Shown: positions 52,983 through 62,975 of the stretch, piece after piece
How positions within the stretch are numbered: position 1 is the first letter of the stretch
Layout: the number at the start of each line of letters is the position of its first letter
NCBI GenBank assembly: GCA_965198175.1
Contig: OZ240245.1
Span: 3,200,001 to 3,264,000 of the forward strand
Length of the DNA stretch: 64,000 bases
Origin: Candidatus Poribacteria bacterium
Lineage (GTDB): Bacteria; Poribacteria; WGA-4E; PCPOR2b
Reading direction: 5' to 3'
Made by a program: the position numbers and the translations under genes
Notes under the pieces: model-generated
Seen by the model: only the letters and a program-made list of their open reading frames with translations
What the model was told of the DNA's origin: nothing
The model's database searches: none

Positions 52983-53182
52983 GTTATTCCCCTTTGCTAG
53001 GAACAACGATTCAGCTATAATCGTTCGTATCAGATGCACCAACTAGCTAGACTGAAGAGAGGGTGCATCGCCATCAATTGCAATCAACCATCTAATACTG
53101 TATTTTTGAGCGCGCCAGAACACTGTCTGATAGCGACTTTTTCCAATTCAATAAAGGCTGTCTTCATTGACTTGCTGCTCAT

Positions 53183-54874
53183 CTATAACGACTTGAGTTC
53201 GTCGAAGTAGTCCGATGCAAGCTGATGTTCTGTAGCGTGGGTCATCTGGTGACGCTGACACAAAGCAATGTAGCGGTCGATGAGTTGTGTGCGTTCCTCA
53301 GCCTCTAAATCATCACTCGTGACAATCATCGCCTTATATGCGCAGATGGACGCCTTCTCTACCCGCCCCCGAACAACATCGTCCTCTGCCAAAGCAAGCG
53401 CTTGTTCAAAATAATCGAAGGCTTTCCGTGCGAATTCTGCGTTCAGTCCTACCTCTTGCGGTGATGGGAAGCAGCCCGGATGAACTCGACGCGCTTCGGC
53501 ATTATTGTGGATCGCATTGATATAATCCAATATAGGTTGTGCTGCGCTATTGTAGTGTAATCTGACAAATTCTTCGCAGAGCACTTCGTCATCAAGGTCT
53601 GGGTTCCAAATCATCCGCCCGATAATGTAGTTCCGCAGATCGCAAAGCTCACCGGTAGTACCGTTGCCGTTTGCCTGCATGAACACACCTTTGGCATTAT
53701 TGCGCAGAAAGTAACGAACATTAGGACCAATGGCGCGCAAGTTCGGGAAGGGCAAATCATAGGCGCGGAAATTAGTGTTGTAGTTCCAGATCCAGATGTC
53801 ATCGCAGATTTTCCCCCATTCGTCCGCATCCCGGCAGAAGGCACGATTTTTCTCGCAGTTTGAATCATCTATTGGGTGCAATGTACAGCACTCAATGCTA
53901 CACAATTGGATCTGCACGTTGTGTCTCGGTCGGATGGTCTTTGGGGGTTCCCGGGTGTACCAGTAAGCGAGCGTCCCGATTTTCACGTGCGGATGCACCT
54001 TCTCGACTCTCTCCGCAACTGCGTTGACAAATCTTAGGTGAGCGCCCATTGGAGAGCCTTCACGATCGTTAATCTCTTCACACGAATCACATCGGCAGTA
54101 AGCGTCGGTGTCGGCTTGACTGACACTGATATTTTGCGCATTGGGATCGTCGTTCAACGCTTTGATTGCTGTTGAGGCGGCAATTTCAACAACCTCGAGA
54201 TTGGTAACGCATAATTGGGGACCGCCGCCGTGTGTGCGAGTATCGCGCTCGCCGTCGACCAACGCGTAATATTCTGGATGAGATGCCCCGTATTCGTTGT
54301 ACGGTACTAGCTGGTGGAATGAGTGGTTGATAAGCGATTGCCCCGTCGTGCCTCCAAGTCGATCCTCACCTGTGACGGTGTTGACCCGAAGTTTTGCGGC
54401 GAAATCAGGATGTTCCATGTTCTCCCGGTAGTAGCTCCATCGAAACGAGAACGGGGGGGTGTATGTGCGAGTCCCGCAAGGAATCTTCAGCGCAGACGCA
54501 TCAGGGACGTGGGTGTGATCGTGTGTGAGAAAGCGCACGCCGAGGCAATCTTCGAGAAATTGGTACACACCGTAAAGCGTACCGCGCGGACGACCGCCGG
54601 CGATGACCACACGATTCTTTTCGATGCTAATTCGCAGTTCTTCCTCTCCCATTGCAGAGGGATCGTCCGAACCTATGCAGACGTGACACGTCAAACCTTC
54701 AGCCGTTGAACGAATCGGAAGCTGGATACCAGTACCTCGACCAAACCACCGTTGAAATTCTTCCGCCGCATATTTTTCGGACGCGATCGCCTCATCGGCG
54801 ACCACAATATCCCAGCCGCGCATTTGGGAGCAATCTAAGTAATCCTGCGAATCCACAGGTTTTGAGGCTGACAA
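53183..54874 (-). CDS. DUF4838-like protein with GH20/GH67 N-terminal-like domain
   Basis: RGTLYGVY.FLE, HSF..LVP, HPEYYAL..G.R, QLC.TN and TLAY motifs. Confidence 0.75.
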   Translation of the reverse strand: MSASKPVDSQDYLDCSQMRGWDIVVADEAIASEKYAAEEFQRWFGRGTGIQLPIRSTAEGLTCHVCIGSDDPSAMGEEELRISIEKNRVVIAGGRPRGTLYGVYQFLEDCLGVRFLTHDHTHVPDASALKIPCGTRTYTPPFSFRWSYYRENMEHPDFAAKLRVNTVTGEDRLGGTTGQSLINHSFHQLVPYNEYGASHPEYYALVDGERDTRTHGGGPQLCVTNLEVVEIAASTAIKALNDDPNAQNISVSQADTDAYCRCDSCEEINDREGSPMGAHLRFVNAVAERVEKVHPHVKIGTLAYWYTREPPKTIRPRHNVQIQLCSIECCTLHPIDDSNCEKNRAFCRDADEWGKICDDIWIWNYNTNFRAYDLPFPNLRAIGPNVRYFLRNNAKGVFMQANGNGTTGELCDLRNYIIGRMIWNPDLDDEVLCEEFVRLHYNSAAQPILDYINAIHNNAEARRVHPGCFPSPQEVGLNAEFARKAFDYFEQALALAEDDVVRGRVEKASICAYKAMIVTSDDLEAEERTQLIDRYIALCQRHQMTHATEHQLASDYFDELKSL

Positions 54875-54999
54875 TTTTCTCCACCCTTTTATGTAGGCGT
54901 TTCAGATCCCGTGGTCTGAAATACTCAGAGCGAATACTTACAATGAATGTTACATCTGACCCTCCCTACTGTCGAGGTTATCTTGCTCGCGACTTCACC

Positions 55000-55404
55000 T
55001 CATTCAGCAGGACAGCTTCCAGATTCACATTTCGTGCGTCCCAAACGAGAGCGGTTCTTTGAGATAATAAGGTATATCCCTTTCAGCAGCGTCCTAATGA
55101 CGGGCACAATGTAGATCCATGTGATATAGCGATACTTGCCAATCCGTCTGTAAATCTGATATACAGCGTCTGCTCCACAATGAACCCTACCGGATCGATC
55201 AATCAACCGCATCCCCGCCATTGACTTAATTGCAACAAGCTGCGGATAAAGCCCCTGGAGATCTTGTGTCTGTCTTGGGGCATACAAAAACTGATCGCCT
55301 TGGTCTCTGTCGCGGATTCGGCGGATGCCGCTTACACAAAAATTGCACTCAGCGTCGTAGATAATCACGGGTCTAGTCGGTTTGGTAATGTGGCTTGTTG
55401 TCAT
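55000..55404 (-). CDS. DCC1-like thiol-disulfide oxidoreductase (DUF393)
   Basis: YDAECNFC motif; Y..IS.NR. Confidence 0.8.
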   Translation of the reverse strand: MTTSHITKPTRPVIIYDAECNFCVSGIRRIRDRDQGDQFLYAPRQTQDLQGLYPQLVAIKSMAGMRLIDRSGRVHCGADAVYQIYRRIGKYRYITWIYIVPVIRTLLKGIYLIISKNRSRLGRTKCESGSCPAE

Positions 55405-55435
55405 GCGGCAAAATTCTCCTTCTATATTTCACGCC

Positions 55436-57202
55436 TCACATCGCCTCAAGCGCTTCAATGCCCAATAGCGTCAGGGCTCTCTTGATGACAATAGCGGCGG
55501 CACTCACTAACGCCAGTCGAGCTTTGACCAACGCTAGTGGCTCAGCAGCAAGCACAGGGTGCTTGTGATAAAATTGATTCACAGCCTGCGCGACTGTGAA
55601 CACATGATTGCAGATACGAGCCAGGGTAAGCTCGCGTGCAGACTCCGCTACCACGTCCGGAAATTGAATTAACGCGCGAAGAAGCTCCAACTCTTCAGCG
55701 TTTCCGAGAAGCGAGAAATCCGGCTCAATGGAAGCAATGTCTCGATTTTGAGACTTTCGCAGTATGCTGGCACAGCGCGCGTAGGCGTATTGACAATAAG
55801 GACCGGTAAAGCCGTCAAACGAGATTGATTCATTCGGTTCAAAGTTGATGGAAAGTTCAGGGCGCGTGCGGAGAAGGTAGAATTTGATGGCAGCAAGCCC
55901 AATCGCGAACGCACGATTTTGGATTTCTTCATCCGACAGTGTATCTTCAGTATCACGCCGCCGAATCTCATCTTCTGCGAGTTGTCGCATCTCCTCAATC
56001 AGGTCATCGGCATCGACCACCGTTCCTTCCCGCGATTTCATCTTTCCCTCTGGCAAATTAACCATACCGTAGGAGAGATGATAGCACCCAGCCGCCCATT
56101 CAAAACCGAGCATATTGAGCAACTTGAAAAGACATTGGAAGTGGTAATCTTGCTCTGAAGCGACGACGTAGATCGAGCGGTCCGGTTGATGTTCGTCAAA
56201 CTTCAGCTGCGCTGTCCCCAAATCCTGCGTGATGTAAACGCTTGTGCCGTCGTCACGAAGCAACGTTACGACCTTCTGGCTTCCATCCTTCTCGGCACCA
56301 AACTCCTCAGTAGGAAGAGGGGCGATGACCGCACCGCTTTCAGCCACCTCGAACACCTTTTCATCCAACCCTACCTGAATGAGGTCTTTGCCGAGTGTGT
56401 AGGTGTTGGATTCGTAGTAAAAAACATCGAACACAAACCCCAGTTTCTGATAGGTTTCATCGTAGCCGTCATAAACCCACTGGTTCATCATCTCCCATAG
56501 CTTAAGTGTCTTCGGGTCGCCTGTTTCCCATTTACGAAGCATCTCGCGCACTTCTTCTTGAAGATGTGGATTCTTCTTCGCCTCTCGATCATAGCGGACG
56601 TACCAATTTCCGACGAAGTGATCGCCTTTCGTATCAGTCGATTCCGGCGTATCTCCACTCGCCCACTTCGTCCATGCTAGCATTGACTTGCATATGTGTA
56701 CCCCCCTATCATTAACAAGGTTCGCTTTAATCACCGTGTGCCCTGTCGCTTCAAGTAGGTTGGAAACCGCCATTCCGAGGACACCGTTACGGAAATGTCC
56801 CAAATGCAATGGTTTGTTGGTGTTGGGCGACAAATACTCGACCATGACTCGTCGACCATGCCCTGCCGTGGTGTTGCCAAAACCTTCTTTTTGTCGAATA
56901 TCCGAACACACATCCCCGAAAATCAGGCTGTTGCAAAGTTTAAAGTTCACATAGGGTCCAACGGCAGTCACTTCTTGAATCGACTCCCTCGGTCTAATTT
57001 CGGCTGCAATGGATTGAGCAATGTTCACGGGATTCTGGCGAAACTGTTTTGCTAGCAGGAAGCACTCGACTGCAAAATCACCGAATTCGACCTTTGGCGG
57101 ATAACTCAACCTGAGATTCTGGGGACTCTGTTCAAATACGTTACGACAAGCAGATTCTACCGCAGTTAGAATCTCAGCTCTAATATTGGCGATTGACATC
57201 AT
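55436..57202 (-). CDS. argS: Arginine--tRNA ligase
   Basis: SPNTNKPLHLGH (HIGH-like), GKMKSREG and GPYCQYAYAR motifs. Confidence 0.96.
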   Translation of the reverse strand: MMSIANIRAEILTAVESACRNVFEQSPQNLRLSYPPKVEFGDFAVECFLLAKQFRQNPVNIAQSIAAEIRPRESIQEVTAVGPYVNFKLCNSLIFGDVCSDIRQKEGFGNTTAGHGRRVMVEYLSPNTNKPLHLGHFRNGVLGMAVSNLLEATGHTVIKANLVNDRGVHICKSMLAWTKWASGDTPESTDTKGDHFVGNWYVRYDREAKKNPHLQEEVREMLRKWETGDPKTLKLWEMMNQWVYDGYDETYQKLGFVFDVFYYESNTYTLGKDLIQVGLDEKVFEVAESGAVIAPLPTEEFGAEKDGSQKVVTLLRDDGTSVYITQDLGTAQLKFDEHQPDRSIYVVASEQDYHFQCLFKLLNMLGFEWAAGCYHLSYGMVNLPEGKMKSREGTVVDADDLIEEMRQLAEDEIRRRDTEDTLSDEEIQNRAFAIGLAAIKFYLLRTRPELSINFEPNESISFDGFTGPYCQYAYARCASILRKSQNRDIASIEPDFSLLGNAEELELLRALIQFPDVVAESARELTLARICNHVFTVAQAVNQFYHKHPVLAAEPLALVKARLALVSAAAIVIKRALTLLGIEALEAM

Positions 57203-57675
57203 CCCTCACTTTCGCTCGTTGAACCGGAAGAAACAGGGCTTTCGTCATTGCCAAAATCGAAATCGTCGTCTTCAAGTGCATCATAATCTTCATCGTACTC
57301 ATCATATTCAACTTCAACTTCTACGTCGGGCACCTCAATGGTGAGGGCTTCACCCCAAAGGCGTTCAAGATTGTAATACTCTCGTTTCTCATCCAGAAAG
57401 ATATGAACCACAAAATGGACGTAATCCAACAAAATCCAATCTGACTTGCGCTCCCCCTCCCGATGCCAAGGGCGTGCGCCCCACTTATCCTTCAATTTCT
57501 CTAATACCGCTTCAGATATACCTTCGACCTGTATGTCTGAGATTCCGCTGCAAACCACGAAGAAATCCGTGAAGCCTGCCAGTGCTCGCAAATCAAGAAT
57601 CGAGGTATTGTGAGCCTTCCGGCTCAGCGCAGCAGCTGCGGCAGCTTGCGCCATCTCCAGTGTGTTTTCTTCCAC
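57199..57675 (-). CDS. rsfS: Ribosome silencing factor with acidic C-terminal tail
   Basis: DFFVVCSG, WILLDY..VVHIF and R.YYNLERLW motifs. Confidence 0.92.
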   Translation of the reverse strand: MEENTLEMAQAAAAAALSRKAHNTSILDLRALAGFTDFFVVCSGISDIQVEGISEAVLEKLKDKWGARPWHREGERKSDWILLDYVHFVVHIFLDEKREYYNLERLWGEALTIEVPDVEVEVEYDEYDEDYDALEDDDFDFGNDESPVSSGSTSESEG

Positions 57676-57723
57676 GTTGGCTCCTCTTTTTATGTGACTA
57701 GCAGTTTGGTGGACTCCTGGGAT

Positions 57724-58341
57724 TCATCCAGTGCCGCAGGTTTCCCGTAGCGCGCGGTTGTAGGCATTGATTGTGTTCGGGTGGATGGCAGCGCCTTTAA
57801 TAAGCAGGCGTTCAATTTTGTAACGGCTGACTTCTAACACCGCCCGGTTCAAATCTTGATACGCTAGTTTAAGCACGAGATCTGCCTCTCTATAGGTGCG
57901 CTTTGGTTCAGCAAAGTCGGCGACATACAAAATCTTGTCGATAAGCGTCATTGCGCCATTGCCGGTGGTATGGACGCGGACGGCGCTGAGAATATCAGGA
58001 TGGCTGATGTCAAAATCCTCGATTGCGAGTTCAGCCCCGATACGCGCATGCAAAACCGATGGATTAGCACGTTCAATCCCATCAAGTTGAATCCCGTAAC
58101 GCATCGCGGCTTCAAATAATTCTTCGGGACTCATCCATTTCGCGCAATCGTGTAGGAGTGCGGCGAAGTTCAACTTCTGTGGATCGGCTGCATGTCTTCT
58201 CGCCAAATCAACCGCCGTATCTCGAACAGAGAGGACGTGCGCAAAACGTTTAGGCTTGAGTTTCTCTTTGAGATATTGCTCGATTTGAACCGTCTTCGGG
58301 TGTTCGAGTCCATCTACTTCTTCGGGGACATCCTTATTCAT
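57724..58341 (-). CDS. yqeK: HD-domain Ap4A hydrolase YqeK
   Basis: R..H..SV, LLHDCAK, HTTG and LYVADF.EP.R motifs. Confidence 0.88.
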   Translation of the reverse strand: MNKDVPEEVDGLEHPKTVQIEQYLKEKLKPKRFAHVLSVRDTAVDLARRHAADPQKLNFAALLHDCAKWMSPEELFEAAMRYGIQLDGIERANPSVLHARIGAELAIEDFDISHPDILSAVRVHTTGNGAMTLIDKILYVADFAEPKRTYREADLVLKLAYQDLNRAVLEVSRYKIERLLIKGAAIHPNTINAYNRALRETCGTG

Positions 58342-58585
58342 CGTTATTTTTGATTGCGTCAACCCCTTCTGCCTCTGACAGGAACTTCATGAAAGTCTCC
58401 CTCTCCTCATCCGTCATTGATTGGAGGCTGGGCAACGAAGTGCTGATTCTGTACCCCTCGTTAAACCAATTCCCTAAGTCAATTGCTTTGCAACGTGAGC
58501 TACAGAATGGAAAGTGGGGTGGAAGTTCCCCTCCCTTATCATCAAATTCGTAACTTTCGCCACAGATGCTGCATCGGAGTGTCAA
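58334..58585 (-). CDS. yacG: DNA gyrase inhibitor YacG-like zinc finger
   Basis: C..C...PFCSSRCKAIDLGNW..EGYRI. Confidence 0.88.
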   Translation of the reverse strand: MTLRCSICGESYEFDDKGGELPPHFPFCSSRCKAIDLGNWFNEGYRISTSLPSLQSMTDEERETFMKFLSEAEGVDAIKNNDE

Positions 58586-58595
58586 TCTGCATCAC

Positions 58596-59177
58596 CTAAC
58601 TGTACAGTTTATGTTGATAGATATAGTCTTCGACAGCTTTGGGCACCAAGTATCGAATCGAGCGTCCTTCTCGGATGCGTTCACGTATCTCGGAGGCCGA
58701 AATATCGAGACCGGTAATTGGAAAAATCTGGACCCGATTGTGGATGTTAGGAAGCGCTTTGTCGATACAGTAGTTAGGTCGAGTGGTTGCGATGAAATGA
58801 CAGATACCCAACAGCTCATCAAAATCCTTCCAGATTGTGAATTCAATCAGCGAGTCGGCACCAATAATCCACGAGAGTTCACAGCCTTCTCCATAGGATG
58901 CACGTAACTCCTTTATGGTCTGAATCGCGTAGGAGGCGCCAATGCGATCCAACTCAATCCGAGACACCTCGAAATCAGGATTATCCTTTATCGCCAGCCG
59001 GGTCATACGATAGCGATGTTCTGGATCGATGATGTCACGTGGTTCCTTGTGAGGCGGACGAGCAGACGGGATAAAAAGAATCTTATCGTAACCTACCCCG
59101 TCACGTACCTGCTCAGCACTCAGTAGGTGCGCGTTGTGAATGGGATTGAAAGTACCTCCCATGATAGCGATTTTCAT
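58596..59177 (-). CDS. nadD: Nicotinate-nucleotide adenylyltransferase
   Basis: GGTFNPIHNAH, PPHK, IIGAD and ISASEIR motifs. Confidence 0.94.
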   Translation of the reverse strand: MKIAIMGGTFNPIHNAHLLSAEQVRDGVGYDKILFIPSARPPHKEPRDIIDPEHRYRMTRLAIKDNPDFEVSRIELDRIGASYAIQTIKELRASYGEGCELSWIIGADSLIEFTIWKDFDELLGICHFIATTRPNYCIDKALPNIHNRVQIFPITGLDISASEIRERIREGRSIRYLVPKAVEDYIYQHKLYS

Positions 59178-59418
59178 GATGATAAGTACAGTGTTGTCGG
59201 TTCAGATACCATTCACACGAGCTCAATGATTCTTTTTCATCGCTTAACTGAGCCAAATTCTCGATTGAATTATACTTGCTAGATGAGTACATGTCAATAG
59301 GAATTCTAATCGCCGCGCTGCATTGCGCCTGGGTGAGATTGTAAGGATAGAACGTTGAATGATTGACGCCTTTGATATATCTTTTCCTGTGTTCCAATCT
59401 CGCGGTCTGGCTCGCTCC

Positions 59419-60348
59419 TCACTTTCTGGCTCTATTCGCAGATCGATTGACAATATAGATTCCAAGCATCACCAATGGTGTCCCGATACCGAGTCCGGTG
59501 GTAACGGGCTCCTTAAGGAGTAAGTAACTGAGTGCGATTCCCCAAAGCGGCGTTGTAAAAAAGAGGACAGCTACCCGGCTTGGAGGATAGTGTTTCAGCA
59601 CCAGGGTCCACGCAACGAGACAGAAGCCCGCTATCACTACGCCCTGATATAGAACCGCAAGTAATGCTGGGTAGGAAAAGCCGTAGCCGGCTTTTCCCTC
59701 GAAAATCGCGCTGAAGATGAAAAAGACCGGCACCCCAACCATCATTTGTGCTGTGAGCAGCCGATACGGGTGAATGGACTGAACGAGACGGTTTGTCAGA
59801 GTTATTAAGAGCCCAAGCTGAAAACCGCTGAACAGGGTTAGGAAATCCCCAGCGAGACGCCCTCCTGCGCCTCCGATGAGGTTATCCCAGAATACAAACA
59901 CAATCCCACTGAATGCGACGATTAATCCAGCGGTTTTCCATCGTCCCATGCGGTCTCCGGGAACAATGAAATGCGAGATGATGGCAACAAAGAACGGGTG
60001 AGTGTTAACGAAGACTACAGACCGCCCTGCGTGTGTGAGGTTTGTTCCCCAGTTCAAGCACGTAGTTTGGCTGGTAAACAGAAGACCAAATAAGAGCAAC
60101 CGCAAGAATTCGCCCGACTGCGGTCTAAGTGATACCCCTTGCGAGGTCGCCCAGCCAGCGATAAGAAGCAACCCAATCGAAAACCTTAGCCCTGCCAGAG
60201 CGAAGGGTTCAAATTCCTGTAGCCCGACTTTGATAGAAACGGAAATGCCTCCCCAAAGCAGCGCCAAGAACAGCACGAACAAGATGATCTTCATCGGGAC
60301 ATCGAATTCATCGGCTTTCTGGTTCGTTTCTGAATGCATAAAACTCAC
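59419..60348 (-). CDS. DMT/EamA family transporter
   Basis: About 10 TM helices; LWG, LRF and L.EP motifs. Confidence 0.85.
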   Translation of the reverse strand: MSFMHSETNQKADEFDVPMKIILFVLFLALLWGGISVSIKVGLQEFEPFALAGLRFSIGLLLIAGWATSQGVSLRPQSGEFLRLLLFGLLFTSQTTCLNWGTNLTHAGRSVVFVNTHPFFVAIISHFIVPGDRMGRWKTAGLIVAFSGIVFVFWDNLIGGAGGRLAGDFLTLFSGFQLGLLITLTNRLVQSIHPYRLLTAQMMVGVPVFFIFSAIFEGKAGYGFSYPALLAVLYQGVVIAGFCLVAWTLVLKHYPPSRVAVLFFTTPLWGIALSYLLLKEPVTTGLGIGTPLVMLGIYIVNRSANRARK

Positions 60349-60475
60349 TTTTCATATTTTGCTTCACGATTCGGATTTATCACAAGCAAATTCAGCGCGT
60401 ATCAGCGAATCGTCCACGTACCCGATGAGTTAATTGGGAAGTTCTTCCGTCCTCAAAGTACGTCCAATGGGTTGT

Positions 60476-61111
60476 CTAATCCCGCTCGTTTGAATTGGCT
60501 AATGATGAACTATCAACCTCCGATACTTCGTCGATATGAAGTTCAATTTCAGCAAGGTTGGGAATCCACAAGATATACGCATCTTCGCCGTCATCTGGAT
60601 AATATTTCCGACGAAAGTCGGCAATCCGAAAACCAAACTGCCGATAAAGGTTCAGTGCCGCTATATTGCTGATTCGTACCTCTAAAAAGACTTTCCTTCC
60701 TCCTTGCGTCCTAATATAATCCAGAGACCTTGCGAGTAGATATTTACCAACATTTTGGCGGCGATGCGCAGGAGAGACGGCGAAGTTGGTGATATGGACA
60801 TCGTCCATAACAATCGAGAAGTTAATAAATGCAATCGGTACTCGGTCAGTGCGAGCGACGAGAAAGTGACAGTGCGGATTAGCCCGACGTGCTTCCTGCT
60901 TAAAGGCAATCTCGGGCCAAGGGAAAGTAAATGATTGACGTTCAATCTCCATCACAGTCGAGAGATCGCTTTTCGCCATATGACTAATCTGAATGTCTAA
61001 CGACGGTGGCTTTACATTTACGACTTTCAATTTTTTGGTTCCAACGTATTCCAGCGTTGATTCGCCTTGCTGCGGTTTCTTTAATACCCAACTGCTAGCT
61101 CCGTGCTTCAT
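60476..61111 (-). CDS. rimI: Ribosomal-protein-alanine N-acetyltransferase RimI (start uncertain)
   Basis: IE..SF..PW, HITNFAV, LEVR.SN..A..LY..FGF and R..YY...EDA motifs. Confidence 0.85.
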   Translation of the reverse strand: MKHGASSWVLKKPQQGESTLEYVGTKKLKVVNVKPPSLDIQISHMAKSDLSTVMEIERQSFTFPWPEIAFKQEARRANPHCHFLVARTDRVPIAFINFSIVMDDVHITNFAVSPAHRRQNVGKYLLARSLDYIRTQGGRKVFLEVRISNIAALNLYRQFGFRIADFRRKYYPDDGEDAYILWIPNLAEIELHIDEVSEVDSSSLANSNERD

Positions 61112-61184
61112 TTTTTTTGGTGTCGCAATAATTCATACGTTGTGCTACAATACCTTTTATCACACAGGGAAAGGAGAAAGTAAC

Positions 61185-61901
61185 AGGTATTTTACCAATA
61201 AGAAAGAGGTAGCATTGGGCGCGTGCACAATCTTTGCTGTCATATATGTCGCCGCTTATTTCGTTGGTAAATGGTACTTTGGTAAGCCATTCATCGTGCA
61301 TGATAGGGTAGGGGCTGTGGTACTTCCTCCCCCAGACCCTCCTCTTATGGGACCCTGCCGACCATCTAGTGCTCTTAGCGGTACTTCGGCAACATCATCG
61401 GATTCGTGAGAAAGCGAACAGCCTGATGCAGTGACACCCGATACCCCACTGCCACCACCTGATGCCACAGAAAATGTCCAAAACGATAAGGAACCGAGTG
61501 ACACGTTCGACATCATGCTCCTGTCTCCCGAGGAGATGTTAACCTATCTTGAGGAAACATACACCCCTCAAGAACAGCTTGATATCCTCACGAGCGAGAC
61601 AGGGGTTCAATGGATACACAGCAAATTAGCTCCGAATTTTCCCATTATTGATGCATCTTATCTTGATGAGTGTTTTGAATTGTATCCCGTTGATTCGCCA
61701 GAACGGGCACCGTGTTTGGAGAATCGCCAACGAGAATTGTTTGCTCCTCACGTGCGCAGGCTCGGAGAAGGTATTCAAAACGTCGTCGACTTTCTAAACC
61801 AATTAAGTCCAGAGTTCCATCAAGTCGGCGTGCAGGGCGCTGGTGCGTCCATACTTCCTCCTCCTGATCCGCCTCAAGCGCGCATACGCAGTGTAGAATA
61901 A
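61185..61901 (+). pseudogene. Hypothetical membrane-anchored Pro-rich protein with in-frame TGA
   Basis: RBS AAGGAG then AGG (probably a mutated ATG); TM helix; TGA 61407-61409 is in frame with the 61431-61901 ORF; LPPPD motif occurs three times. Confidence 0.45.
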
Positions 61902-62024
61902 AGAGCCTAAAACCGTCCGTCAAACCAAAACCCACCGCCAACCCCCAAAGCAGTCGAGAACCGTGATTCTCCACCGTCACCTGCAACGGCTTGTTGGAAT
62001 CCTAATTACGTTGAGTGATCTGCT

Positions 62025-62735
62025 TCACTCAAACTTGACATCGCTTCTCTTGTATGAACCATCACTGGCAATCTCCGTGATAATCTCTCTTCCATCCTCT
62101 AAACCACCTATTCTTGATATAACCCAGACAACATTCTTTTCTTTAGAGTAACCCGTTTGATAACCATCAAACTTAAAAACATGGATGAAATCCTCTGCAC
62201 GTCCACGTTCAGCGGGGAAAGGCACGTACTTGTGAGTCTGGTCTTTCATATGTATGAACCCATAACCGTCTATCATTCCCTCGTCAGCCATTATGATTAC
62301 CACCCAATTCTGCGAGAACAAGATGTGCCAACCGCTATACATGCCCATATCGTTGTCTATCACAAACTTTTTGTTTCCTTTCCTATCGTAAACCTCGATT
62401 TCCCTTCCATTAATTGGGGGCACATGGGCTCTGTCTGGATAGTTGCCGTTTCTGTAAATGAGGAGATATTCCGGCTGGTACGCTCTTTGGTCACAGAAAA
62501 CCTTGTCCCTGACATACCCTCTTCTGTTTTCGATTGGTGTTACGGGTCGCATATCTTCGTATGGTGTTTCAGGTTTAAGCGATAGTGTTTTGACTACCTT
62601 GTCACTTTCTCTGAAAATTACTTGGCTATCCATTACTTCAAATGTAGATTCTTCGTTGTTGCCTCCGCCGCTTAGTGTAAAAATTACTATCATTACAACC
62701 GTTGTAAAAGCCAGAATTATCAATCGTATGTGCAA
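62025..62735 (-). CDS. Hypothetical exported protein
   Basis: N-terminal hydrophobic signal/anchor; RBS AAGGAG. Confidence 0.6.
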   Translation of the reverse strand: MHIRLIILAFTTVVMIVIFTLSGGGNNEESTFEVMDSQVIFRESDKVVKTLSLKPETPYEDMRPVTPIENRRGYVRDKVFCDQRAYQPEYLLIYRNGNYPDRAHVPPINGREIEVYDRKGNKKFVIDNDMGMYSGWHILFSQNWVVIIMADEGMIDGYGFIHMKDQTHKYVPFPAERGRAEDFIHVFKFDGYQTGYSKEKNVVWVISRIGGLEDGREIITEIASDGSYKRSDVKFE

Positions 62736-62975
62736 ATTTCTCCTCCTTCTAACTGGTAGTTAGAAGGATAAAATTCTGTCTAACCCTATATCCTCGTGCT
62801 TTACTATACTAAAAAGCGGAAAACAATAGATTTGCCTTCAGTCCGCCTGTTGAGGCGATTCTCCTTGCGTTTTCTGAGCGCAACTGCGACAACCGGGATC
62901 TTATTGCTATCGTTGTTTTTGTGATGGGACTCCCGTGCGCCCAAGAGGGCGTAGGGTAGGCTCGACTCGACTAGT

